Assembly: GCF_009914755.1 (NCBI RefSeq)
Contig: NC_060928.1
DNA: 64,000 bases
Direction: 5' to 3' (one strand)
Source: the human T2T-CHM13v2.0 reference genome, Homo sapiens
Shown here: positions 41,480 through 55,570 of the stretch, piece by piece
How positions within the stretch are numbered: the stretch's first letter is position 1
Layout: each line of letters begins with the position of its first letter
The notes under the pieces: generated by a model
What the model was told of the DNA's origin: nothing
Databases searched by the model: none
The model's input: only the letters and a program-made list of their open reading frames with translations
Program-made: the position numbers and the translations under genes

Positions 41480-41632
41480 TTAAAATAAGTAAAAGAATAT
41501 TTGACAGGATTTTCATTCCTGTTTTGGCAGGTACATAGTAAAGGTTATCATATAAATCAGCCTAATTTTAACCAAAAGTTGAGTGAGCCTGGAGCATTAT
41601 GTTTACAATTGTTCATGTTAAAGCCTATTCCC

Positions 41633-41949
41633 AGCCAGGTGTGGCGGGTCACGCCTGTAATCCCAGCAGTTTAGGAGGCTGAAGCAGGACTATCACTTGG
41701 GGTCAGGAGATGGAGACCAGTCTGGACAACATGGTGAAAACCCATCTCTACTAAAAATACAAAAATTAGCTGGGTGTGGTGGCACGTGCTTGTATTCTCA
41801 GCTACTAGGGAGGCTGAGGCAGGAGAATTGCTTGAACCTGGGAGGCGGAGGTTGCAGTGAGCGGCGATGGTGTCACTGCACTCTAGACTCCAGCCTGGGC
41901 GACAAAGCAAGACTCAGTATCAAAAACAGAAACAAACAAACAAAAAAAC
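41633..41949 (+). mobile_element. AluS (Sz/Sx-like)
   Basis: Full dimer with (CAAA)n tail. TSD core cctattccc. Confidence 0.96.
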
Positions 41950-42178
41950 ACCTATTCCCTTGAAAAACATACAATCTGCTCTCAGGACTAAAACATGCAA
42001 GATTTAGAAAAAAGAAAACCTTAGAATAATTTAAATTGGTAACACTCAAGAACATGTTATAAACAAAGATATAATTATGGTGGTAAATCAGTCATATAAG
42101 ACCTTCACTACTATCAGTATTATTTTCTTCCTCTTTAGGAAAATGTTGACTTACTGCACATGTACATTTAATACCATT

Positions 42179-42180
<2 letters not shown>

Positions 42181-42210
<30 letters not shown>
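42181..42210. repeat. (CA)n microsatellite
   Basis: Read directly from the sequence. Confidence 0.97.
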
Positions 42211-45200
42211 GAATGAGACAAATGTGATTGAATTTATAAGTATATTATTATTCCAGAGCTTTTGTTGATTTCAAGTAGAATAAAGTCATCAAGAAAATGG
42301 ATGCATAGATGTCAATAAGAAATAATAATAAATGATGGAATGTGTTGGAGCTGTTGGCTTATGGTAATATTATAAATTAGATATTCTGAAGAAGATATCC
42401 TCTTGGAGTTATGGGGTTCCAAATTAAAAGAGGTAGCTGAAAACTGAAACAGTCAGCTGATGCTGAAACTGTAGACATTTTTCACTCAGTATATCCTATA
42501 AGGTGAGGGTAGACAAAGGGTCTTAAGACAGTGCAACTTGAAGTTTTGGAACTGAGATGTTGGCATAATGCTAAAACTCTTGAAGTGGTATATTTGGATC
42601 ATATGGTAATTCCTTGAAAAGCTACAAATTTATATCTCTGGGGAATATATATATATGAGTTTAATAAATCAATAAAGAGAATATAGACATGGGTTTCCAT
42701 GCAAGTAAAGAGATTATCACAAATTCAGTGATAAACCTATGGGAAGATAAAAGATCTTCACAAGTAGTGCAGGTAGCCAATGGGAAGTGGTTGAACACCA
42801 GAGTGAGAGAAAGCTTTGAAGATTTGCTTTTGACTCAACATCTAACTCTAAAGGCTTTATCAATGGATGCTCTTTACATCAGGAATGTAACATTTATGTT
42901 TGCAAAAGAAGGCCCACTATTAGCAAGATAATTTTAGTGTAACCCAAATCCCTAGCTGGAGTGAACTGACTGATTACATATACTTGCTCACGTATTCTTC
43001 CACCTACTCTATTTCAAAATAACAAAAGTGTATGGGTTACAAACCAAAAGCATTACATCTTCACAATATAGTTTGTTTGAAAGAATTCAAAGGTACACTT
43101 CTCAGTAGGAGAGTTGCATCATGTGGGAGATCAGAGGCGATTCTTTGGTGCCTTTGGTTCTCAACCCTGTAGTCTCTTCCCTTCCTTTCTCTTGAATTAA
43201 GTTAGGATTAACAAGGAACACTGGTTGACTATCTGCCATGCCGCTAAAAAGGAAGAATAGCTAATCTTTCTGTGAAACTTGACCTTGCAGATGAAAATAA
43301 CTAGATCAATCAGAAGTATAATTTCCATACAAGAGAAATCAAAGGCAACACGAACAACTTAAAAGATCTGAAAAAATTATAATTTTAAAATAAGCATGAT
43401 GACTATACTTCAGAAAACAGTTTAGCAAAATGAAATAAGAACAAGAAAGACTAAAGAAAACCCAAGTGAAAATATCAGGCATGAGAAAACGATAGTTGAC
43501 ATAATGAATATGAGATAGGAGTTAAATAGCAGGATAAATGAAGCTGAATTATTAGTAAAGAAGAAGATTAAATTAAGGCAAATAATTCTTGAAAGAAAGA
43601 ACATATATCAAAAAAGTTAAGTGATATAGGTTTTTAAGTAGCAGATCCATTAACAGTTCATAAGAACTCCAGAAAAATAGAAACATAAAAACAGAAAGTA
43701 GAAAAGAGTTAAATAAGTTGTAAAATAAATTTTCCGCAAGTGAATACACAATCTAGAATTGAAAGGTTTTTTAAAATGGCAATTAGGGTAGAAGAATAAA
43801 TTCACAAATACTTGCATAGAACAAAATTTAAAGAGACTAATTACAAATATATTCTGGAAAAAATAATACTCATACAGGAAAAATAATTATATTGACATCA
43901 GATTCTCAATAGCAAAATGCTTATAATGACAACTGAATATTTTAAAATTAGTAATTAAATGTTAAAACATTTATATGTCATTTTATAATATAAATATTCT
44001 TAGGAATAAAAGGAACAAAAATAGCTTCAATATTATGGATTGTCAATAATTCAGGATAGTTCTGAACTATTTCTATTTAAATAATTTAATAATAATTTAA
44101 TTAATAAATTAAATAACAGTATTTAATCATTAATAACCATTTTTCCTTTTCACCTTGAAAATCACTCTTGGAAAAAAAGACTTTATTAAAAAAAAACTCC
44201 AGGAGAATTTGACAAGAAAATAATTTTATGACTTCAGATATATTTTACTTAAATAGCATAAAAACAAAAAAGAGAGACAGAGAGAGAAACTAGTTCCATA
44301 AGAAGGGAACTGGAAAGACATGTTTGGGGTTGGGGGAGTAGAAAACAAAGGAATTTGAATTTTATCTAAAACTTTGTCCTTTGATGGGAAGATATAAATG
44401 TTAATGAAGTTAATAAATTAATAAAGAGAAAAACTATATTTGTAGATTAACTAGAAGAAATTAGGCCTATAAAATGAAAGCAGGAAATAGGAAAAATAAG
44501 AGCACAGTAAAAATATACATTGTAGAGGAGAGAAATAAAACCTAATGTAACAATAATAATAATAATTGTAAATGTTTTAAATTTACCATTTAAACCTCTT
44601 CTATGGGTCAAAAATATGGTCTAGTAATGTATTGTCTTCAAGAAACACTTAAAACAAAAGGACAAAAATGTATGTGTGTGCAGGGGAGGATGTGTATGTG
44701 TACTTGGTTCAAATAGGAAACAAAATAAATTTGGTGTATCAATACTAAAATCTCAGATAAAATGTTGATTAAAAATATTGTAGAGAATTGGGGGGAATAT
44801 ATCTGTAACAGGTATCATAGAACAGGAAGATATAAGCATCATCAACATATAATCATCTAATAAGAGATTTAACACTGAATATATAAGTTAATTATATAAA
44901 TTAAATTGATTAATGGAGAGATAGGTAGATAAATGAATAGATCAACAAATTGTTTTGTAATCTAACATATCTCACAAAAAACAAAAACTTCAACAGAAGA
45001 ATCACTTGAGATATAAATAATATGAAAAGGAAGCAGCTCAAACTATTTGAAATATAAAAAAAATAGAAAACCCTACTAGACATATAAAGAATAACCAGAG
45101 CATTTGAGTAGGAATAATCCCCTGCAACCCATTCTTTTAAACACACATTAACAAAAAATGAGTGCATTAGGCCATAAAGACAGCTTCATAAAAAACAATT

Positions 45201-46355
45201 GGAGAAATTATACATATAATTTTATCAGATATCATTCAGTAATATTAGAATAAATATCAATAGGCTGCTGAGAGTAGCACACTATAAACAGAAACTAAAT
45301 AATATTATTCAATAACCCTAAAAGAAAATCATAATGTGATTATGAAATATTTAGACTGAACCAAAGGAAAGCACCACATGATGAAATTCATGGAGCGCTG
45401 AAAAAAAACAGTATTTGTGGGAAACTTATAGCTTTAATTATCATGAAACAAGAAAGGTTATAGAATAGAAACTATTCATCTGGTGTAAGAGGTTGCAAGA
45501 TAGTAACAACATTAGCAAAGAAAAACAAGAAGGAAATAGGGAAGAAAAAGAAATAAAAAATATAAACAAAATTTGAATTAGAATTTGTTGTCATTAGCAT
45601 TAATAAAATCTCATAGCCAAACCTGTCTCAAGTCTGAATTAAAAAAATAAAAGTAGAATTTTAAAATAAACAAAATGTAGAATGAATATAACTGGAAATA
45701 CAACAGAGACTTGATGTAAAGAGTAGTTATTACATTCTAATAAGTCTAGTCTAGTAATTCTACATGTAAAATGATACATTTCTGAAAAAACACAAAATGC
45801 CAAAATAGGACAAGAAGAAAAATAAAACTTACATTAATGAGTAAAATTTGAAACAAAACAAACAACAACAAAAAAATCAATCATAACAAAAAAAAAGCCT
45901 TAAGTGGCTACCTTTGATGGCCGCACCCAAATGCTTTTGTAGATGATTTCAGAAAATAAACAGTTTCTATACTATAACATACAGTCAGAAAGTCAGAAAA
46001 TAAATGGTTTCTATATTATAATACTTTTCAAGAAAATATAAAATAGCAAAATATATGCTGCTGTTTGTGTGAGACTAGAGCATTTGAGTAGGAATAATCC
46101 CCTGCAACCCATTATTATGAAAGCTTAGAAATTCTTCTAAGTTCCCTAAGGGATCCAGAGAGAGGATGACCATCAGAGTTTTCTGTGGCAATTCATGTCG
46201 TCATTGATTTGTACCAATGGAGAATTCAACAATTAGAAGCACAAATCAAACAACACAGAAAGATCTCCAAGAATACAGTGCTGAGTGAAAAATTAAGCAA
46301 ACGCGTGTGACAAAAACCATGATATTATGTGAATTAACAGCATAAAAGCACACAC

Positions 46356-46480
46356 TTTTTTGTGGTGAGTACACTTAAAATCTACTCTCTTAGTTTTCAA
46401 GTAAACAACACATTGTTTCTAACTATAGTCATTGTGTTGTATAATAGATCTCTTGAATTTATTCACCCTAATTGTTGTTA
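46356..46480 (-). mobile_element. About 125-bp L1MA7/8-like 3'UTR fragment with 12-bp TSD
   Basis: tttttgtggtgagtacacttaaaatctactctcttag...taatagatctcttgaatttattc, flanked by aaaagcacacac on both sides. Confidence 0.85.
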
Positions 46481-48139
46481 AAAAGCACACACACAGAACA
46501 AGAAAATATGTTTTATAATAATACTAATGAAAACAAGTCATGAAACAAATTGATATAGTTGACAATGGGAAGAAGAGTTACATAGGGAATTGTGACAAAA
46601 AGTAATAAATGGATGGAATGGTTGATAAATAGTTACAAATGAAGTAAAAAATTAATTTTGAAAGGCTAATTATTATAGACACTTGTCTGTGTCTGGGATG
46701 CAAACAGGAGATATAGATTGATACACATTTATAAAATTGTTTAAAAATAATTTTTTGGCCAACGGAAACAACACAGGAATGTATATTTTCAACTTGTGCT
46801 CTAGGTAAAGGAAAAATACTTTCCTGAGTATTTTCTGAGTGTTTTTCAGAGTATCTGTAACCACAGTATGTCCTCTTAAGGGTTGCAGTGCAAATTTATA
46901 CTGTGGATATAGTCACAAAAACTCAAGAAATAAGTTAAAATGGTCTTTTTTTAGTAACGCCTTAAGGTCCTTTGCAGCAGAGAAGCGCTTCATCTTTGAG
47001 AATCTGTGTCCTAGACTCATGCCTCACAAAATTCTCAAAGAGAACTAGACAAAACACATTTTCAGAGTCCAAATGTATAAAACATGTGTGCATAACAAGT
47101 TACTAGAATGGATGGCAGTGGAATCAACAGACTATGCTCCCCCAAATTTCAAACATTGAAATTCCTGAATATAGAATATAAATTGATAAGATGAAAAATG
47201 TTTAAGGAGATACAGAGAATTACTAACACATGTAAGGTATAAGATCCTTTTATATGAATGATTAGGATAGTTTGAAAATAAATTTTAAAATTCAATTTAA
47301 AAGATATATTCTAGAAAAATACATATAACGTCAAATCCAACTTTAGAAGATATAGATTATCAATATAACTTTACCTTTATTTTTTAAAAGTGAACATTCT
47401 TATAAAATTCTGTCCAAAAATTCAAAAATACCTAAGATGTACCCACGATAATTCAATAAATCATTGAAAAAATAGTTCCTGTTCTATGCAAATTTTTTCC
47501 AGAGGAAAAAAACAAGAAGGGCAAATTTTCCTCATCTCATTTGATGAATCTGGTATTTAGTATTAAGGTAATAAAACCCAAAGTAAAATATTATGGATCA
47601 ATTTACTTATAAAATAGATGCAAAATTGATAAAATATTTAGCAAAATGAATGCACTGATACACACATTTGAGCACAATATGCATATACACCTACATCAAT
47701 CTTAGGTTAACTGTAAGTATTCAGGATGCATTTATATTAGAAAATTTAGTATTACTATTCACCATCTAAAAAAGAAATTGATCATATTAATATATGCCCA
47801 AATATGCACAAGTAAATATCTACTCACTGAAAAATATGAATAAATTAGCAAACTAGTAACACTCTATTGAGAACATTTGTCAACGTGTGAATAGAATCCT
47901 GCAGAAAACACTTCACTTTATGATGAAACATTAGATGCATTCCACTTAAAATCAAGAATCTGGCCATGATATTCACAATCCATATTTCCATTAAACAACT
48001 TGCTGGCAATTTCAAACATTACAATGATAATAAATAAATAAATTGTATAAGGACAGAGAAAAAACGAATGACATTACCACTATTTGATAAAGTATATACT
48101 TGTTAATATAGAAAACAGAGTTAAACTTTAAACTTTAAA

Positions 48140-48838
48140 TGTAAGAGCAAGTAAAAAAATGAAAACAAGAGGCTTAATTCTCCCTGTTGAAAATAATGGA
48201 ACAGATTTCCCATCACTCTCTTTTCTTAGAGCATTTACTTTAAAGAAACTTCTAATCATAAGTTCTTTTTGTGTCTTTTTGAAGTGTGTACAACTCTTTT
48301 TAAAAGCTAAATAAGCCATTTGCCAGCTTGAAGACAAAGGAGTATCTTTTTCAAGGACCTGGGTAACGTGTCTGAAATGTAATGTTCAGGGATACAGTGT
48401 ACCTGTATCCCAGTTCCTCTGGGAGAGGAGGAGCCTAACTTCATTACAAGTTGCAAAACTACCTCCAAGTTGCAAAACTACCTTTTGTCCTAAAGACATA
48501 AGAAATCATTTTTTCCTTTTAATAAAGCCAATTAGTTAACACAGGTAGTCACCAACTCAATTGTGGATTAACTCTGTGACAAATGGTGCTGTCAAATCCA
48601 GTTACTTGATAACTAGTTATTGTTTTTGTGGATAGCATGTATGAGATGGGCTGTATTTGCTTGGTTATAGAAAAGGGTAAATTTTATTTCTGCTTTTTCA
48701 TGTCTTAGTGGATTGCCTATGATGTGCATCAAATTGTTGTTTAATGCTTATTTAATAATAAAACCACTTCTTTTTCATCTACTTTGTATAGAGTTTTGCC
48801 TGGTTGTGAGATTTAAAAATATATATATTTTCTTAACA
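48140..48838 (+). mobile_element. Solo ERV1-class LTR (MER67-like)
   Basis: TG...CA termini (tgtaag / ttaaca), aataaa about 75 bp from the 3' end, interrupts L1 ORF2. Family assigned from memory. Confidence 0.7.
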
Positions 48839-49085
48839 ATTCTCATAATTAGTACTATAATTCAAAGAGCAATTTGATCAATATATACAAATGAATTACA
48901 TGCTTATATACAAAGTATATATTTAATACAACTCTAAATAAAATACCATTATAATAGTAATACTATATACAGGAATACATTTAGCAAAGTATCTGTAATA
49001 TCTCTGTGAAAATACTCTTTATGGAAAGTATAATAAATAGTACTGAAAGACATTTAAAAATGTATCTATTGACCCATATATATAA

Positions 49086-49109
49086 ATAGATAGATGATAG
49101 ATAGAGGAT

Positions 49110-49143
<34 letters not shown>
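49086..49143. repeat. (GATA)n tetranucleotide STR
   Basis: Read directly from the sequence. Confidence 0.97.
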
Positions 49144-51218
49144 CAAATTGTAAGGCAATCAATATATTAAGCATCTTAATTCTCCTTAAATCCAACTGTA
49201 TTTCAAACAGAATGTTAATTTTTTCATTGAAACATTTGGAAGTGTGATGACTAAGAACTGATAAAACAATTTTGGAGAAAAAAAGGTGGAGAGATTTACT
49301 ATGTATCAAAACTTCTTATAGTTTTTACTACTATGAATAGGCAGATAGATTGCTAAAATGGAGACACAAGAAATACAATATGGCATATGCAAGTTACAAA
49401 TGTGGCACTGCAAGTCACTGGGGAAAGGATAAATTATATAATAAATGGCACTTGAACTTTTATATATTCATGTAGATAAAAATAAAATAGACTTCTGCAT
49501 CAAACAATACAGAATAATAATATTTAGTTCAAAGATCCAAATATAAAAAACAAAACTCTTAAATTTTTTGAAAGCTAATATATGCTTCTATATAACCAAA
49601 GAGTAAGAAATAATTTAGTAAACAAATACTAAAAATGAAACCCTGTAGAAATATTGATAGTTACCAAATTTAAAAATATGTGTGAATTAATGATGTGAAA
49701 AGACAAGCATACATTGGAAAAAAACATTTGCAATGAATGTCACTATAAAGCTTTAGTTCTCAGAATATATAAAGCACTAAAAATCAATTTAGAAACAAAG
49801 AATCCAATGGTAACAAAAATGGGTTACATATATGAATGGGACCAAGAAAGAAACTAGAATCAATGCTGATGATTTTCATCAGATGATGAGTAATATTTTT
49901 GTTGGAGAAAAATCAGTAACCCATTTCTAGAGTAATTTGTAAGCACTAACTATATTTTAGCATGCAGGTATTCTTGGAGATAGCAAATCCAGTTATGAGG
50001 GTGTGTCCTAGGGTAATTTCTGTACACTTGAAAAAATGTATAAGAATGTTCCTAGCAGCATTGTATGAACATTCTGTCCTTTATATGATGTATGCGGTAT
50101 ATTTGTAAATGGGATATTATAGAGGAAATACATGAATTAAAGCTATTGGAATCAATATGCATAAATACATTCCAACTATATAACATTTTATATCATGCAA
50201 AATCACTATTTATTGTTTATCAGCATTTGCATACATATCAAACATAAAAAGAATATAATAGGAATCCTTAATAAAACATTTTTTTAAAGTTTTATTTTTA
50301 AACAGTGCTCAAGTAAGGAATATAACTGGGGAGAGGTAGAGACTTAACATTGTCAACATTTTATTTCTTACTTTTCTATTGGATTCACAAAGCTTTATTA
50401 AATTATTTATACATATTATTGCATATCTGAAATATTTTATAGTAAATGGAAGGAAAAGGAAGTATATATAAATGCCAAATTCCAACCTTAAACTAATAAA
50501 AATACTATTATTTAACTTCAGACATCTGTTGTGAATTTCATTATCACAGAGGAGAATGTGTTGCTACATGGAGACATTTGATTTTGTGTGTCTTCACAGG
50601 AGTGTGATTGAAACTGCTGTTTCACATAGAAAGGCCTGCGTGCAGCAGGTTGCAAACAGGTCCTGAAGGGACGGCACATCCCAGCTGGAGCGTGTGGCCC
50701 ATCTGCCCGATTAGCACCGTGGCTGAAAGGAGCTGACAAGCAGCTTCTATTTTTATCTAATCTTTAAATTCCAGGAACCTCATTTCACTAAATCATAGCT
50801 TTCGAGTAGGATTGTAAAAGCTTTCCCTCTGCTCATTCCTTTTTAATCTAGGTTTCTCTCAAGAGCTCTACTCATGGAAGGCTCTATTCTGATAAACTCT
50901 CCGTCTCCCCTGCCATTACAACGTTGAAATGAAAATCCCCTGAGCTAAAAGTAAAACAAAACAGTGTCTAAGGATAACTTAGAAATTACTCATACTGCTA
51001 AAGGTATTTTAACAGATTTAAGAATTAATATTTCCTGTTTTTATATAGTTTTTGCATTGGGCATAATGCAGTACAGTATGCAAAGATTAGTATATTTACA
51101 ATTGCTTTCACTACTTTTCTTAGAGGCAATAAAAATGCACCTGTGAATTTATTAAGCATTCCTATCATTGCTCTTTAAAAGTTAGTTTTAATTTTACTAT
51201 ATATTCAATGTATGTTTA

Positions 51219-51626
<408 letters not shown>

Positions 51627-51967
51627 TTAGTATCTAATTAATTACATGTGTGTGTGCATATTTAATGATTCCATTTATAATTATGGGATAGTAAGATACA
51701 TGTACATGGTTATAAGGGTGAGTGTGGGTAATGAAATGCTTGAAGATGAATATGATATTAGAGGAGGAATCCAAATGATCTGTTCTTTGATATCAGTGAT
51801 GAGGAAGCAAATTCAATTTCTAAGAGTTAGGGACAAGGCTAGAATGGGAATAGAAGGTTTCAACTGGAAACCGCTATATTCTGGCCATATAGGAAAGCAA
51901 GGATATCAAATGACAAGAAATAGATTAGCCTGTGATGTTAGTTTTTTTAAAGGGAGAATAATTCTGA

Positions 51968-52303
<336 letters not shown>

Positions 52304-53475
52304 AGCAACTGATCTATTCAATTAGAAATTTTTATGGTTGACATGCAATTAAAATGGAGTTAGATTTCAAAATTATAACAAGGAGGATATAGTACTTGCT
52401 CTGAATCAAAGTTGAACTGTATTAAAATTATTCACACAATTAGGAAAAAAATTAATGAACTAAAGACTTTCAATTATATAATTCATTATTGCAGCTAAAA
52501 CAATGGCATAATTGTATTGAAAATGTGAATTCACTAATTCTTTACCCTTGGACTAGTGTAATTCAATTAATTCCAAATTTTAGAAAAGAAATACCATTTC
52601 AAAATAATGGAGGAAACTTTAATAAATAAGGCAGAAATCCCACAACATTTAAAATGATTAATACTTAAAGGGCCATAGGCATATCTTTTAAACAACAATA
52701 CAAATTTCTGAAAGTCTGAGTATGTATCAAAATAAGTTTGAGATAACCTAAAATTATGTGATATTTCTATCCCAACAAGTGTTAAGTGGCTGATATTTTT
52801 GATACAATACAAGAGAAAAACACAGCAATCATGTACTAATTTCTCATACCAATTGATAGTCAAAAATTTTCAGTTCTTGAAACTGAAATATTAGCCATAG
52901 GACATCACGCATGGTAGAAAGCATACATTCTTACGTGTTAATATTGTAGCTGTGTTAAAGCACTCAAATTTTAAACTTATTTTAGAGTCAAATAAAAATT
53001 AGATGCAGTAGAAGTTAGGTCTGAGGCTCTGAATTATACCATCCTATTGGGAATTCAGAAGAAAATTGAAATAAATATAATATCTATTTGTGTTTATTTA
53101 TCAAAACTATGTAATATCATCAGTATCTTCAAGGATGATATGAAAGCCACATTTCACTTCATTCCTTTCAGAACACGGTAATATCACAGTAGTCTGCTAA
53201 GCCAATGCACAATCACAAAGGTCAGGAAAAGTCCAAAGACACAGTGGAATAGAAATGTTAATAATAGTCTATAAATAGCATAATCTATAACTCATACAAA
53301 TGAGAAAGAGTTATGTTTATAAGGATGAAGGAGATAGGGCAGGATCATGCTCAAAATTTAAGTGGACTCTGTGGGAAAAGATGGACTGCAAAGAAGATCA
53401 AGGTTATGAGATCAGAAACTGACACACAGATGTCTGACTTTTGGATAAAGGTCACAGGTCTGGAAAAAATCTTTC

Positions 53476-53550
53476 AGAATTTCTCAAATGTTAGTGTGCA
53501 TAAGAATCACCAGGGAACTTGTTAAACTGCTGACTTGGATTCTACTTGAA
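53476..53550. mobile_element. MER5-type (hAT-Charlie) fragment
   Basis: tttctcaaatgttagtgtgcataagaatcaccagggaacttgttaaa. Confidence 0.65.
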
Positions 53551-54689
53551 GAGAAACGAATTGACTCAATATGTTCTGTCTAACATATCTTAAAAATAAA
53601 CACATCATGGGAGTCCTTTCTTACAATTGATCTCAAAATTGTATTGAAAATAAGGAATCAAAAACACACATCACAATTGAAGTTAATAATCAGTCGGTTT
53701 GTGTTTATTTGGGATTAAATTAGTTCCCTATTTTCAGTTCTGCCATTTCTCTTATCTCTATACTTCTATCTTCCATAATCTGATACAGAACTCTCTTAAA
53801 AATTATAGTTGAGATATATTATTGTAAAATTTTAGAAATAATAGCAGTCTCCGGTTTATACTCAAATCAGTGACTCAGTCGGTGAAACTAAAGCCAACAT
53901 AGCATAGTAGAGCTTCTATAAATCACAGTATTTCCTTCGAGTTGTGAAATGGTGATTCTATTTCTCTAATATAATTTTAGAGCATTTTGCTTAGTTTATA
54001 TGATTAGAATAAAGTTAGTTTAATAATGTATGAGTCTATCTAAGCTTCAAAATTAAAAATTAAAACATTTTTAAAAAACTATTATTTACTTCAGTTTTCA
54101 TATGCTAATATTGTTCCTATATAGTATATTCTACATATGATATCCTGATACTGGTTACTTTTGTCCTTTTTTGATCTAGCTTTCTTCTTACTAGATCAAT
54201 ACTAGATTGTTGAACTTCTCTGGATTGTTATTTGATTTTTATTATTTTCAGAAACTTTTATTATTTCACTTTTATTGCTTGGTTTTATAATTTATGAGAT
54301 ACTCTACCAAGTGATATATCATGTATTCTGTTTAAAACCTTTGACATAATTTTTGAGAAAAATTTATTTAAAAATATTTTCAACATATTGCACCACACTT
54401 TGACATCATGAAAAAAACCAAAGGTTCTTCTATTGACAACTGTCTTAATATACAGAAATTTCTGAAAGAGATATTCTTCCTTCAATATAACCAAATTCAA
54501 TTTCTCAAAATCAAAATTATGAATCAGATGCCAGAAAGACAAAACATTTGACGCTGCATTTGTAAATCTCTACTTATTTTTACCTATGATTTATTTTAAA
54601 ATAAGGGCAAGTCCACATCATAATAAGGTATTAAAATGTATATTTAACTTTATTTTTTTGCTTTCTTCCTTCTTTATGTATGTTGGCTG

Positions 54690-54779
54690 TGTTATTCATT
54701 GAATTGTGTGCCCCCCAAAAGAGATGAGTTATAATGCTAAGCCAGTACCTCAGAATGTGACATTAATAGGAGATAGGTT
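54690..54779 (+). mobile_element. MLT1B/C-like LTR 5' fragment
   Basis: ttgaattgtgtgccccccaaaa...cagtacctcagaatgtgac. Confidence 0.75.
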
Positions 54780-55158
54780 GAGAGACAAACAAGGAGTCAC
54801 TAAGACAATGGAAGAGATGTAAAGACGGTCACTTCCCTACCAAGCCTTCCCAGTGAAAACATAGGGAATGATGAAGACAAAGGGAATGCTGAATCTAAAG
54901 AAGCTGCTTTGAGAAGCAACTCTCTGAGATTCTGATGTCCTCTGGAATACAAGTGGCATGTGCAATGACTCATTCTCTCCATTCCAGGTCAGTGGATGCC
55001 TCAGACACCCAGAGTGTTGGAAATGGTATTAGGAGTATCAAGCGACAGTACTTTCAGTATCTTCATTTCTGTTCTCATGCAAAGGCAAAAGCAGCAGACA
55101 CCACTCCTACTCTGATGACTCTCAGAAATAACTGAAGGCAGTATCTGTGGCTTAGAAA

Positions 55159-55334
55159 CAGGGCCAGCTACATAACATGCAGGGCCTAGTGCAGCATGAA
55201 AATGTAACACATTTTGTTCAAAAATTAAGAATTTTAAGATGATGACAGCAGGGTTTTAAACCAAAGCACGCAGTCCTTCTAAACACAGGGTCCCATGCAA
55301 ATGCATGAGTTACATATGCATAAAGGCAGCCCTA
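55159..55334 (-). mobile_element. MER45A (hAT-Tip100 MITE), full length
   Basis: cagggccagctacataa...ttgttcaaaaattaagaattttaagatgatgacagcag...ggcagcccta, with TIR-like ends. Confidence 0.85.
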
Positions 55335-55384
55335 CCTGAAGATGATTCATGCTTAAGCACACAGGGACATACATGATATAGTAC

Positions 55385-55570
55385 TACTAGCATAATGAAA
55401 TTGTGGTTAAATATGTAATCAATTTTCTGTTACTCCTATATTTATTAAGTATGGTAGCTTTTTGAAAGTTTAATTTTTAAATTTTCTGTTTTTAACTTCC
55501 TTTTATTTAAAAAATGTAAATAGTGCATGTACTCAGAGCATCTCTCTTAATAAATGTTTTAAAGTGTTAA
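55385..55570 (+). mobile_element. MIR fragment
   Basis: gtggttaa...ttttctgtttttaacttccttttatttaaaaaatg. Highly diverged. Confidence 0.4.

Larger units (their letters stand above)
43300..50445 (+). mobile_element. Long decayed L1M (L1ME3-like): ORF1, ORF2 and 3'UTR remnants with nested inserts
   Basis: Strong A-rich strand bias. ORF1-like tgacatcagattctcaatagcaa, EN-like attgtcttcaagaaacact, RT-like gatgcattccacttaaaatcaagaa, 3' taagaatgttcctagcagcattgt. Confidence 0.75.

Noticed and set aside
50710-50730. REST/NRSE-like ttagcaccgtggctga
   Set aside because: Only an imperfect left half-site. The GGACAG half is absent.
53871-53892. AP-1 plus IRF composite (AICE)
   Set aside because: The TGACTCA to GAAA spacer is 6 nt rather than 4.
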